A DNA stretch of 64,000 nucleotides, from the NCBI GenBank assembly GCA_965153455.1, contig OZ234493.1:34834213-34898212 (forward strand), in the 5' to 3' direction. Both the position numbers and the translations under genes were made by a program. Position 1 is the stretch's first letter. Every line of letters starts with the position of its first letter. The notes under the pieces were generated by a model, which saw only the letters and a list, made by a program, of their open reading frames with translations, made no database searches and was not told the origin of the DNA. The DNA is from Sphagnum compactum (Eukaryota). Of the stretch, positions 40,856-53,372 are shown piece by piece.

Positions 40856-43647
40856 TTAAATGAAAAATCAACCTTAAATGCAATACCCACGCTTCAAAAG
40901 AACCCATCTAGATGGTTTGGATACCTTTAAGTGAAGACCTAGCCCTAAACACAATACCCACATGCAAAATCACTTTGAAATAACCCAACCCTATATGCAA
41001 TACTTGCATTCAAGGTCACTCCGAAAGTACACATGTGGGGTTTAAGCCTCTTTAAATGAAGATCCTACCCTAAATGCAATACCTGCATTTGGGGTCACTC
41101 CAAAATAATTAGTTAATTTCAAAATAGTATGTTAACAAAGGTGTGTATAGAGGTTGGGGTTGTTGATTAAGAGTTCCATGATTTTTACTTTGTTTCATGA
41201 ATTTGAAAAGAGGTTGTATTGTTTGTGGAACAAATAATACAATGACAATTGTGATCAAGCTTATCTTGGTGTAAGAAATTTTCATGGAAAAGTTGAACTT
41301 GCAATCTATAATGTGGAATAATTATCTTAAATAGTGATTTCAATAACTTATTAAAATAAATATATAATTAAGTTAATCAATCAGATATCAAATTAATCAA
41401 TCTGATTTTTAGATCCAAGTTTTTATTATCTAAGTAAATAAAGTTAAACCAAATGATCAGTTAATAAATTTAAAATCAATATATGATTATCTAATTCTTG
41501 ATAATTAATCATTTTAATTAATTCAAAATATTGGTCTATTAATTATTTAATTAGATGACAAAATTTATTGATAATTCATTAATTATCAAAAATATTTTAT
41601 ATTGAATTGGGGGGAAATTTCTAGGGTTTAGACATATGTGAAACAATACCATTTCATTTTATATCTTCTTCAAAAAGATTGGAAAAAATTAGGTTCAAGA
41701 GATCACACAAATGTAAAAAGAAAACCTTATGTGAAAACCCAACCCTAAATGCAATACAAAGTTTGTCGAGATCAAAAATTAAAATTTCAAGCTTAAAATT
41801 TCTTCAAATATGTTCATATTTATGTTTTTTCCTTTTTAAAGTTGTAAACTCATTTCAAAAAACATAAATATAAAGTCTTTAATTTAAGAAGATTTTAAAC
41901 TATGTTTTTAAAAAATCAAAGCACATGATTTTTTAATTTTGTTTATGTTTCACATAATAATAAAAATGATATCTCCCATATATTAATCCTATGTTTGATT
42001 GAAATTTTATTTTATATTTTTCTGATATATAGTAAATAATTTCTTGGTTAAAATAATCATATAGTGGGTCAAAAATATTTTATATTTTATATTTTATACA
42101 TATATAACACAAGTCTTTATGTAAACTTTATTTTTTATGATGTATAATATTGGTTTAGACATTGGTCCAAATATATTGTTATTTATAACACATAATATAT
42201 AAATAATGATATTATGGAATTATATTGTTGATTCATTTCAATACATATAATATTTTCATATTTATTTAAAATTATATATATATATACCTATGGTTACGTA
42301 TATTGCAATTATTTTAAAAGAATTATTTTTAATGAGAATTTAAAAATTCCAAAATATTAATAGCTAGGTATGAAAATGTTCATAAGTTTTTAGAAGCCAT
42401 GCTAAAATTTGTGTGGATTTGGAAGCTTTGTGAGGGCCAAGTTGTTATGTAATGTTTTCGACACCTTCAGAAGCTGAAACATGATTCGACTATCCAAAAA
42501 ACACAATAGTGTTCATAAAAAAACAACCAAGAATCTACAACCTTGACAAATTACTAGCTTCAACAAAAACTCATCGCCAAGGTTGTCAGATTGACTAAAA
42601 TGTCGACATTGACCAAACAAAACAACCTAGCCTAAACATGAGTAATAGTTAGTAAGTTATTTGTTAAATAACTTAATTAACTACCTAATAAGCTACCTAC
42701 GTAATATAAGCCTATTATGTAATTTATTCATTAGTGTAGGCCTTCTAGGTTAATATCTTAGAAGGTCTATGTAGGGATTGAAGGTGGTTGAGCTTATTAA
42801 GTAAACATACTAGTTATATAGGTAGTTTACTAGCCTAGGCCACATAAGCCTAATAAGCATTTATGACAGTTTAATGTCTATTCCTTATTATATTATAACA
42901 TATTAAATTTGAACTTTAAAAATTTATTAAAAAGAAAGCACATTTTTCCATATAATTGTTATAAGTATATACTATTGGAATATGATTCGAATTTAGAGTT
43001 TGGGAAACCCTAAATTAATTAACATTTTTTTTACAAGTCTATAGTAAATAAAATAAATCTACGATGCATTTTAGGGGGAATTTTATATGCAAAACAATGG
43101 CAATATATATATTTAAAGAAAATGAAAGAAATCAACTTGGAGATATTAACAAATGGTACGAGACATACTTTCTCTTGTGTTTTGTTACAAATTTTATTTA
43201 ATTATTAAAAAAATTAAGGCTAAATTTGTAATTGGTGAAAGTAAGTACGTGTGTGGATATTGCAAAATTATATGAAACCTTAACCCTAAATGCAATAACC
43301 ATATTCAAGTTCTTTTCAAAATAACCCATAGGTGATTAAGGTACCTGTAGTGAAAGGGCAACCTTAAGTACAATACCCACATGTAAGGTCGCTTTGAAAT
43401 ACCCAATATGTAGTTGTGGTGCGCCTTTGAATGAAGACCAAGGCCTAGATGCAATACCTACATGTAAGTTCATACTGAAATAATCCATAGATGATTGAGG
43501 CAAACCTTATATGAAGACCCAGCCTTAAATGCAATACCTGCATGTAATGTCATTTAAAAATAACTAATAAGTTGTTTGGGTACCCAAAATATGTCTTTTT
43601 ATACACCTAAATTAATTATTATTCTGAATTAATTTTATGACAAAATG

Positions 43648-43965
43648 TGGGTAATGCAATGAATGTAAAAAACCAGCAACTATTATGGGACCTATATGCG
43701 GGTATTGCAATGAATGTAAAAAACCAACGATTATTATGGGACCTATATGCGGGTATTGCAATGAATATAAAAAACCAACGAATATTATGGGACCTATATG
43801 CGGGTATTGCAATGAATGTAAAAAATCATTGACTATTATGGAACCTATATGCAGATATTGTAATGAATGTAAAAAGCGAACGACTATTATGGGACCTATA
43901 TGCGGGTATTACAATGAATGTAAAAAACCAGCAACTATTATGGGACCTATATGCGGGTATTGCAT
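43648..43965. repeat. 51-bp tandem repeat inside the MULE, 6 units, each carrying GGGTATTGCA
   Basis: Unit GGGTATTGCAATGAATGTAAAAAACCA.C.A.TATTATGGGACCTATATGC; gives a 17-aa periodicity in the overlapping ORFs. Confidence 0.93.
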
Positions 43966-44739
43966 ATTTGAAAATGGCCTTATGGAATTTATAATAGAAA
44001 ATGATGTAGATATTATATGTTTAAAATGTGTGTATTATTTTAAAAGTTTGTAGGTGATGTGAGTCCTATTACATTAGATGTAAGTATTGCACAATGTTCA
44101 TTTTAATCTTTGTAGACCCTAGACAAATTAATGTTACCTATTCATATGGGCCTATTTAAGGTTTAATTCTTACATATAAAGTATTAAGAAAATATGACAA
44201 AAAGACATATATGATTAACCATATACCCATCAAACAAGTGTGACTAAAAGATAATATTATATTGATAATAGATGTACAAAAATGGGTGGATGAAAAATTG
44301 CTAAAGAACTCAATGAAAAAAAAAAGGTTTTCTATAACATATCAAAGGACCAAAGTTCAAAATTTGGGTAGTCCAAAAAATAAAAGGGCTGAAAAGACCT
44401 AACTAATTATATAAAGTGAAAACCTTAAACCATATCAGTATCTACAATCTCATGTTTAACTCGGTAAGCAGCTGCTACACTTGCAGCCCTTGCTGTATGA
44501 CGAGCAGTGGAGAAATGTCGACGTTGCATCTCAACCTAAACTGCATTTGCAACAAACTTTTCCTTTGTTGTCTTTTGAACCCTATAAACACCCAAAAACC
44601 ACCAAATTAAACCCTAACACACCTTGGATGAAACAAAATCATAAAAAAATAACAAACATTGATTATTATTGTTTCTTACCTTCCATGAATCATTCTAAAT
44701 TCATGAAAATCTAATACATCTGTCAAATGTTTTGTCTAA

Positions 44740-46045
44740 CTTGCTTTACTGGACTCTCGATCCCAAATTTTGACATCCCATGCCATATTCAATTGTTGTG
44801 CATATACACAATGGGTGGATCAAATCATTTTTTGTAAGTATTCATTCTTCTCCATCCGTGATGTTGCATCTCGAAGCATGCTTCCCGCCCCAGGCATTGA
44901 GACCCAACACCTACAATAGTTGTTTTGAAGCTAATTTGACCAAAGTTGGTTTTGGGAATGGTGGACATTGTTTTGCAACAGTTACCAACTTATCCACTCA
45001 TCCTATGCTTTGGCACGAGCGCAACTAGCAACCTTTTGATCATTTCACCTTTGCACAACCATGGCATTTCCCAAGATGCGAGCATTCATTTTAGCATGGT
45101 CTTGATGTCGAGGACCTCCTTTAGAAGTTGAAGGCCTCCCAGGTTTGGCCTTTTCTGCCACCAAGCCATGCACCTCTTTCAAATGCTTGGTCAACCACCA
45201 TTTGGCACAATATGCGACAATGCAAGTGTCAACTTTACACTTCCATTTCGACCCAACCTTCGTCCATTCTTTATCCTTTCGAACCAAATTAGGTGGACAA
45301 GGGCATGCCGGTGGCTGAGAAACCTGGTCGGTTTCAAGTTCTGGACCTAAACAAAAAAATATCAAAAAGTAAATCATTATTTTGGAATTAAAAAATCCTA
45401 ACCCTAAAACCTTACACATAAAGAGTTCAAAAACAGAATGCAGGTATTGCAAAACATAAAATCACACAATCAAATACAACTCCTACAAACTTTAACTATT
45501 TTAAGGTATTGCAATAAAAAAAATTTGACAAAAAATATCCTGCACCTTCCATCAAATGATGGAAGGTGCGGATATAATTAAACTTTTAAAACCATGTACA
45601 ATTTCTTTTATCTGCATTTAATTTAATGTACGTAAATTCTAAAACATCTAACCCATCATTTTTCGATTGAAATCCTCAATCTATATTATAAATTGTCATC
45701 CTTGTCAACTCTAATCCACATGGATTGCTTGATACATCAATTTTCAATTCTCATTTATGATGAAGCAACATTTTGCTCCTCAAATCTCAATTCTGATGAA
45801 GCACCATTTTGCTCACTAATTGGCTGATCTAATGCAACAACATTTTGCTCAGCAATTGGCTGATTTGATGCAGTAACGTTTTGCTCAACAATTGCCTGAT
45901 TTGATGTAGCAACATTTTGTTCAACAATTGCCTGATCTGATGCAATAACATTTTGCTTAGCAATTGCTTAATCTGATGCAGCAACATTTTGCTTGTGAAC
46001 TTCCGAATCACCACCACCTTTCTTCAATCTCCTTCCTCTAGCCAT
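44740..46045 (-). pseudogene. Second MULE-borne gene, convergent with the transposase: 12-aa repeat exon plus a C2H2 zinc finger and GRP motif
   Basis: ATG at 46045 reads MARGRRLKKGGG, then 36-bp repeats encoding (E/K)QNVxASxQ(A/P)IV with some stops. Acceptor TTTAG| at 45347/45346 opens an exon reading KWKCKVDTCIVAYCAKWWLTKHLKEVH (C-x4-C-x12-H-x4-H) followed by KPGRP. The downstream end is approximate. Confidence 0.55.
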
Positions 46046-46159
46046 TACAACCTTCAACATAAAAAAAAACCACCATTTCATTATTAATTTGTCAATTCTA
46101 AAAAACTAAACCAAAAGGACCAAGAGAAAAAAAAAAAGAAAAAAATACTGCTTACTACC

Positions 46160-47150
46160 ATCGCCTTCTTCATAACACCACCACCATAGAAGAAGGTGAC
46201 AACATTGTTGCCGTCACCTTCTTCATAACAAAACCACCAAAAAAGGCATAGGCCGCCATTTTTTTATAGCAAAGCCATCGAAGAAGGTGATGGAAGCTAT
46301 CATCTTCTTCTTTTTTAGTACAATGGAACCACAGAAGAAGACGGCTTATTACCATCACCTTCTTTGTTGCAGCAAAACCAAAATAGAAGAAGGCAACGGC
46401 AACGTCACCTTCTTCACTACAACAAAAAAAAAATTCTTTGCTGCAACAAAACCACAACAGAAGGCGACTCTAGCTTTACTGCCGTCACCTTTTTCCCTGA
46501 AATAAAAAAGAAGGCGACGATAGTTTCTGCTACTGTCGCTTTTGCGCTACAGCAAAACGAAAATAAAAGGCGACGGCAATTTTGTTGCAACAAGACCAAA
46601 ACAGAAGGTGATGACAACGTTGCTGTCGTCGTCGTTACCGTTGCCTTTCGTGCTGCAACAAAAAAAAAAAAGCTTGTTGCAACAAAGAAGGCGACAGTAG
46701 CTCTACTGTCGTCTTCTTTGCTGCAGCAAGACCAAAATAGAAGGCGGCGGCAGTGTTACTACCATCGCCTTCCGCGCTGCAACCAAAAAAAAACTTGTTG
46801 TAGCGAAACCAAAATGGAAGGTGACGACAACAACGTTGCCGTCGCCTTCAGCGCTGCAACAAAAAAAAAGGCTTGTTGCAGCAAAGAAGGCAATGGTAGC
46901 TCTGCCGTCACCTTCTTTGTTACAGTATGACCAAAACAGAAGGCGACGACAACAATGCTGCTGTCGCCTTCCACGCTACAACAAAAACAAGGCTTGCTGC
47001 AACAAAGAAGGCGGCGGTAACTCTGTCGTTGCCTTTTTTGTTGCAGCAAGACCAAAACAAAAGGCAACGTTGTTGGGTCGCCTTCCACGCTGCAACAAAA
47101 AAAAGAAAGAAAAGGCTTGCTGCAGCAAGACCAAAACAGAAGCAAAGAGA
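46160..47150. repeat. Array of imperfect palindromes (GAAGGCGAC...GTCGCCTTC) in the MULE right arm
   Basis: More than 10 degenerate units, e.g. GAAGGTGACGACAACAACGTTGCCGTCGCCTTC at ~46817, separated by GCTGCAACAAAA / GACCAAAACA linkers. Confidence 0.8.
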
Positions 47151-49794
47151 AGGGCTTAAAGGAGGGAGCTTACCTTCAAGCTCGCGCTCTTGGTCCCGCC
47201 TGGGTCCCTCCGGAGCTCTGACAATCGAAGCTCTAACGATGGAGTTCGTGGGCCCGCTTCAAGTGCACTATCATGGCTATGCTCCCACTGCAACCGCTCC
47301 CGCTCTATTCCCGCTCCAATGACTCCCGAGCTCTGGCGATGGAGTGAGCGCAAAATCAGGTGAGGTAGGTAGGAGGGGGGAAGTAGGTGGGAGGTAGGAG
47401 GGGGGATGTAAATAGGAGGGGGGAAGGTAGGTAGGAGGGAAAAATTTGGGGGCAGAGAAGAGGCTGAAAATCAATAACTTTGGGCAGGGGAGGATGTGTT
47501 TTTGGTTCACCCCAAAACGGCTTCAACGGCCTCATCCTCAACTGGTGCATTGGTGGCTGCTGGTTCACTCCAGCCACTCAAAGAGGGGATAGGGGGTGAA
47601 AGGAGGCTCAAAGACAGGGTGAGTTTAAGGAAAACTCTAATTACTTATGTTGATGTTGAATTTTATTTTTATGCATTTGTAAAACAATGTTGAAAATTTG
47701 TTTGGAATTGTTTGGGGATCCTTGCCAGTGTACCTACTTGAGAAATTTGAGGATAACAAAAACCCTGCAAGTGATGTAGCTGACCTGACAATCATCTATA
47801 ATACAGTTTAGCCAAATCTGGCTATAAAAAGGATATATGAAAATAAAAATGTTGAAAATTCCTTCACATTTCTGGCTACATGCTAAAACTCAATAGAGAA
47901 ATCTGGTGATAATTCCACCCAAAAAAAAGAAAAACAAGAAAACTCTAGAAATACGGCGACTAGAAAATCAGAAACACACATATTATTTAGCCATTTTGAA
48001 AGAATGAAAATGCCAAATGTCTAATTTTTTGAGCAAGTCCGGCACTAGCTGATCACTTCCCCTGAAGACACTCAAGCAGATGCTGTTTGCCATTATTTAT
48101 TGCTAAATGTTTCCAAGATCTTTCAAAATGGTTTTTGAAGCAACATTATAAATATATCTCTGCAGGTACTTACTTCTAGATCATCAACTTCCCACAATTA
48201 ATTCGACTCAGTCTAATAACATTTTGTCAAAGGTATATATCATGAGCTAGTTTGAGGATTGAACTTACATGAGCATCTAGAAATTGATGGTGCACTCACA
48301 TATTGATCTCTTTCATAAGTAAAGTCCAACTATATATCTATATATATATAATTGCTGATTGATCAAATCAAGGCTAAGTTGAACATGCCCAGAATTTCAA
48401 GCTCTCTGGTACTGCAGCTCCAACTATTCATATTTTCTACTTCTCAAAACAGTTGGAATACTACATCTTGTTTAACATATTGTTGTGATCATCAAATAGT
48501 TCACAGACTTATATAGTTCTTTTTAAAGCCTGGCCCTGGTGTTATGTACTTTTCTATTTTTTCATCTCGGTTTGTTCCTGTTATTGGGTCCTTTTTAAAA
48601 CTTTCATACAATCTTGGTCCCTGATAGGTATGGGGTTCAGGACTGATTTTTGGTTGGTATGAGGCAAGTAGAGATACCTGGGATTGAAACTCATATGAAA
48701 TTGGTACGGGCTTGGTATTACTTCAAATCCCTCAAGTTGATACTTGATACTTGCACATGGCTAATATTGCTACGAGACATGCTAGCTAGCCTGGTAACGT
48801 CTTTTGATACTGGTACATGGACCAACTATCGTAGTACCTTGGCCATTTCAACACATGTTTGTTGAATAATTAATTAATTAATTAATTTCGAGGATTCCAT
48901 CTCAACAAATGATATATATTCTCAATTATTCCATCAGATTCTTTCATTTTCCTTCAGGAAAACAATATTTTCTGAAAACTTCAACGTTTCTGAAAATAAT
49001 ATAAATAGTGTTGAACTGGCCCAAGTAGTATACAGTAGTATGTACCATGTGCAGGCCTATATACATGTGATCAACATTGGAAAAAACCAGTGTTGGGTGG
49101 TTCTTTACTTTGATGAAGAACCAGTTTTGAAAAAGAAATGCAAACTTTGTGTAGGTTCTGGTTCCACACATAATTGGAATCATGAATCTGGTTCTGAGTT
49201 TGAGTATTTGAAGAAAATTTCAATTTCTGTTCAGAAAATCAGACTCAGTTCTGATCAAGTTCTCCCTCATATAATCTGGAACCATCATCGATTAACTTTT
49301 GGTTAATCTCTGGTCAATCCCCAGTTGGAATCACTTTTGTTCAAAAACATATATAATCTCAGTTCCAGTTTCAATAGAACCAGGAACCCAATTCCAGGTC
49401 CAGTTCTTTGAAATAAAATTTATTTTTATTTTTATTTTTAAAAATTAGACCCAGTTCCAATTTGGTTCTTACTGACTCGAACATGCGATGTTTATATACC
49501 AATACAGTATTGAGGAAAAATACTGCATTTTTAATCAAGCTCATTCTATAGTCAAATCACTTAACCAATGTGACACCAGAATGATGGGGTGACACCTACT
49601 GGGTCCCCTGGCATGCCAGAATCATTTTAGGGTTGTGGGTTTACACATATGAGAAGAAAATATGCTTAAAATTTTTACAAAAGAGAAAAGGAAAGAAAAA
49701 ATTTATGGAGTTGGTGAAATCCTAACAACACTTTATAGAAGCAACCTACATGGAATGGAAGTGGGAAAAGGGAAGGAATAACAAGAGAGGACCA

Positions 49795-49970
49795 ATCCAA
49801 AGAGAGTACCCAAAAGCACACATAGGTAGCGGCCGCAAAAGAGAGCACCCAAAAGGGCAAGTGCACAAATAGTGGCCGCAAAACAGAGCACCCAAAAGCA
49901 CAAATAGCGACCATAAAAGAGAGCATCCAAAAACCCAAATGCACAAATAGGGACCACAAAAGAGAGCAAT
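49795..49970. repeat. ~35-40 bp tandem repeat, about 5 units
   Basis: AAGAGAGCACCCAAAAGCACAAATAG.GGCCGCA-type units. Confidence 0.8.
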
Positions 49971-51339
49971 GGGGGGACTTATCAAAGGGAGCAAAAGAGC
50001 AACCTTTGTCTTAAGTCCCTCACATATCTATCTATTGCACACAAAGCAAATCAAACAAAAGGATGAAAGAACACCTAGCCTAGAAGGCGCTTCCTCTGCA
50101 ATAACAACTCACCTCAAGATGTAAATGGTGTAAACTCTTTGTAAACTCTATGGGGTAGTTCAGAACATCAAACTTTGTGGGACCTACAAAGGGCTGCATC
50201 CAGGGGTTTTTTAATTTTTGGCAAATTTTTGCCACTTGGCAACCCAAAAAGATCCAATGTTCACAGGAAGGATTTTTGTGAAAAACTCATGCAACAAAGT
50301 TGCCAGATTTGGAGGAAAAAAATTGTGAAATTGCAATATGTAGACAACTGTAAATACCCCATTTTTTGCAAGAATTTAGAATGTCCAACAAACAACACAT
50401 GCCATTGTTAAGAAGAAGAAACTAGTTATGATAGATCTTATTTTGTAATATTGATTCATTATGCAAAGTGGATATAATCAATAAGGAACATAGCAAAAAA
50501 ATGAAGTCATGAATGATGTCAGAAGAAACCAACATTGAAAAGTTTTTTACTCCACCAGAGAGCCTTAAAAAAAATGATGTGAATAGGCACGCTAGAGATA
50601 GTGAAGATAGTAAAACAACTTTGTCAAGGTGCAGGCATTCGAATGTAATTGAAGTACTCATGGAATAGTTTGGAGACAATTTCAATCTTCTTGCCTGCAA
50701 AGAATGTCTTAATTGCAAAACACTGCACAAGGAAGAGATCTTGAAAAATGGAGTACTTTTAATTGTTTTAAATAACTGGGAAACAGAGGATGCAACATCT
50801 TTAAACGAAGAAGACGAGGATGAGATGCCACTTGTCATAGAAAGGGACATCTAAGAATTTAAAGACACACGAAGGATGTACTGAATGTGTCCATATTCAA
50901 CTATATCAGGCATTGAAATCTCATAATTTTAATCCAGAACGATAATGAATTGACACTACAATCATACAAGTTTAAGATAGCTTCATGGTATATATATTCC
51001 ATGGTGCATTATCCATATACAAGAGAGTTCATATTTCTTTCTGATGTTTGTGTTCACCTTGAGATGGATTATTGTGGGAAAAAATGAAAGGGATATAAAA
51101 AATTGTGATTTCTTTCCACATACATATGTTCAACTCATTTTGATTGTCATGTAAATGAAATTTGTCATCTTTTCTACCAGAATAGTATTGAATTCATCTA
51201 CAATGTGAAAATTGTGACCTGTTTGCAAAAAAATGATTATGAACTCATCTGCAAGGTCATATTTATGTTAAATTTGGGATCTACTGCAAGATAGTTAAAA
51301 ATTTGAAGTCATATAAACCAAAAATTGAAGATGAAAATT

Positions 51340-51580
51340 AAGATAAATCTGAAGCCATTAGTGATAAAATAGAAATTTAATATGGAATTTGTGATCTGCT
51401 AGTAGCATAACAATTTTGAACTCAGTTACAATGTCATATAGATTATATTTGTGACTTGCTTCCAACATAACAATTTTGAACTCATTTGTAATGCATCATA
51501 TAAAATATTTATGATCTAATTTCAGCACAACAATTTTGAAATCTATTCCAATGTCAGATATATATGAAAGTTGTGAACTC
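51340..51580. repeat. ~60-bp degenerate tandem repeat
   Basis: ACAATTTTGAACTCA...CAATGTCATATA recurs at 60-bp spacing (~51410, ~51470, ~51530). Confidence 0.7.
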
Positions 51581-52344
51581 CATTGTGGGGAATAATATAA
51601 TAAATATGTTCAACATATGCATACATGCCAAGCACCAACACTTGCCAATATAATGCTAAGAAATGAAACATGGTTACGTAATTTAATAACGTTTATACAC
51701 TACACATCATGGATCTATGGTAAAAGTATTGGTAGAAATACAAAGGGATTTTGTGCACATGCTAAAACCAAATGTCTTGTAGAATCAATAGTAGTTTTCA
51801 AATTTGCAAGTCACATTCTTACATTGTTATCTTGAATTTGAAGCCTAGTTAGTAAATTGCTTTTATTGGATTAAGATTTCATTTGGATTTATGATATGTG
51901 CACAATTAATTTATATTTTTTAGGATTTATAAATAAAAATAAATAATCATTTAAATGGTTTGAGATGAGATGCGAAAACATCATGTTGATCAAACGAGTT
52001 GAAAAAAATGGAACAAATAATGAAGGCTTCAAGAAAAAACCAAAGTTTAGAGGAACTTATTCTATAGCTTCATCCTCAATGTAACACAACATAGAGCTAG
52101 TATATTTGCAACTTTTTGTTTGTACATGCGGAGACGAAATGGTGGAAAAATGACGAGCCATAACCTCTGAATATTCTGGCAATGAAAGACTTGATGGTGG
52201 GTTGGGGAATAATTCTTCATGGGCCAAAAACATAATTGTCTTCTACCTTGGAGGTGACTAATTTCTACGACAAGCAATGGAATGTTAATTACCAAGGCTT
52301 GACCAATAACCCACATCAAATACTTGAAATTGTGAAGGTTAAAC

Positions 52345-53372
52345 TTACTCACAATCAAGATCAAGTCTGGACTTATTCTGAACAAGAGCATCCAGGTTGC
52401 TATTTTTTGCCTCCACAACATCGGTTTGCTCCTTAAGAACATCCAACAACAGTTGTAGAAGTTCAAGATAAACTTCTTGGTCTAGCTCAAGCACAAGAAC
52501 ATGTCTTCCAAGGTATTGACATGTTCTCAAGCAATTACTTGCTTTAGGGAGGACCTCTTAATGAAATTTGCAATACAAAATGAGAAAGTTGAAGAAGAGC
52601 AAAGAAAGAGATGAAATTGAACAAAGTTGAATGTAAAGGGAATTGAAAGAGACTTGTGAAAGCATTTGATGTCCACCACCAGACTCCCAAGAAACAACAA
52701 GGCAGGGAGAAGCAATTGGAAAGTGTCAAGTTGGATTTCGTGTCCAACTCTAAAAGGAAAACCACTACTCAAAATTATCATAGTATCTTGAGTGGTCCAA
52801 TTGAAGAACACATCATCATCCTAAATGCTTCCTTGTTGCATATCCTTTGAAAAAACAAAATTCCCATTTTCGTGCACAAGGAGAAGAACCTTGCTCATGA
52901 GAGTTTGTGACATATAGTACGAATGATATGTTAGTATTGAATTCATGTGGACACATGAAGCCTTGGTGGAGTTTCAAGAAACTTTTACCTTTTTATTGAG
53001 AAATTCAGGATTTGTGTGGTGCATTTTATTGACAACAACAAACTTCAAATGAATTTTGAAGTTATAGTTATCCAAGTAGGACTTGATGTCTCTCAAAACC
53101 CGAAAGTTGTCATCATAAAAAAAGAGGACGCATCCATCCCTTGCAAGATACTTGTTTGCAAATCCGAAAATGGAAAGAACATAATTGTCAACTCTTGCAT
53201 TCCACTTGGGAATACTTGAGAGAAGGTCCAACACATGCGAAATAAGCAAATTTCGTAGGACTTCAACAATGATGAGGTTTGCTTTGTCCTTTGGGGAGCC
53301 TTGCGAGAATTCAATACGATCTTGGTTATTGAATTTGATAAAAATAGGTAATTTGATGAGGAATAATGTTTC
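52345..53372 (-). pseudogene. Decayed spliced gene resembling a beta-class N4-cytosine/N6-adenine DNA methyltransferase (N6_N4_Mtase-like)
   Basis: Three colinear segments. (1) KANLIIVEVLRNLLIS...FGFANKYLARDGCVLFF...NKK|GT (53372-52989). (2) TLMSKVLLLV...DDVFFNWTT...GHE...FQLLL...GSLVVDI(N)AFT (~52904-52654). (3) NCLRTCQYLGRHVLVLELDQEVYLELL (~52537-52345). The order IV..VI..X..I..II matches beta-class amino-methyltransferases. Judged by eye only. Confidence 0.55.

Larger units (their letters stand above)
35480..47575. mobile_element. Mutator-like (MULE) DNA transposon, ~12.1 kb, decayed
   Basis: Left end GGCAAGAGTGAACTAGCAGCCACCAATGCACCAGTTG (35480-35516) is the inverted copy of right end CAACTGGTGCATTGGTGGCTGCTGGTTCACTCCAGCC (47539-47575), with 3 mismatches in 37. 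A 9-bp target-site duplication ACTCAAAGA lies at 35471-35479 and 47576-47584. The element encloses a MULE transposase remnant. Confidence 0.88.

Noticed and set aside
43612-44053. ORFs with repeated CxxCxxC (MGPICGYCNECKK) resembling a metal-binding protein
   Set aside because: A by-product of the 51-bp tandem repeat; several frames on both strands are open and there is no gene context.
46170-47693. Cluster of 60-190 aa ORFs on both strands
   Set aside because: Low-complexity translations of the palindrome array and purine-rich subterminal DNA.
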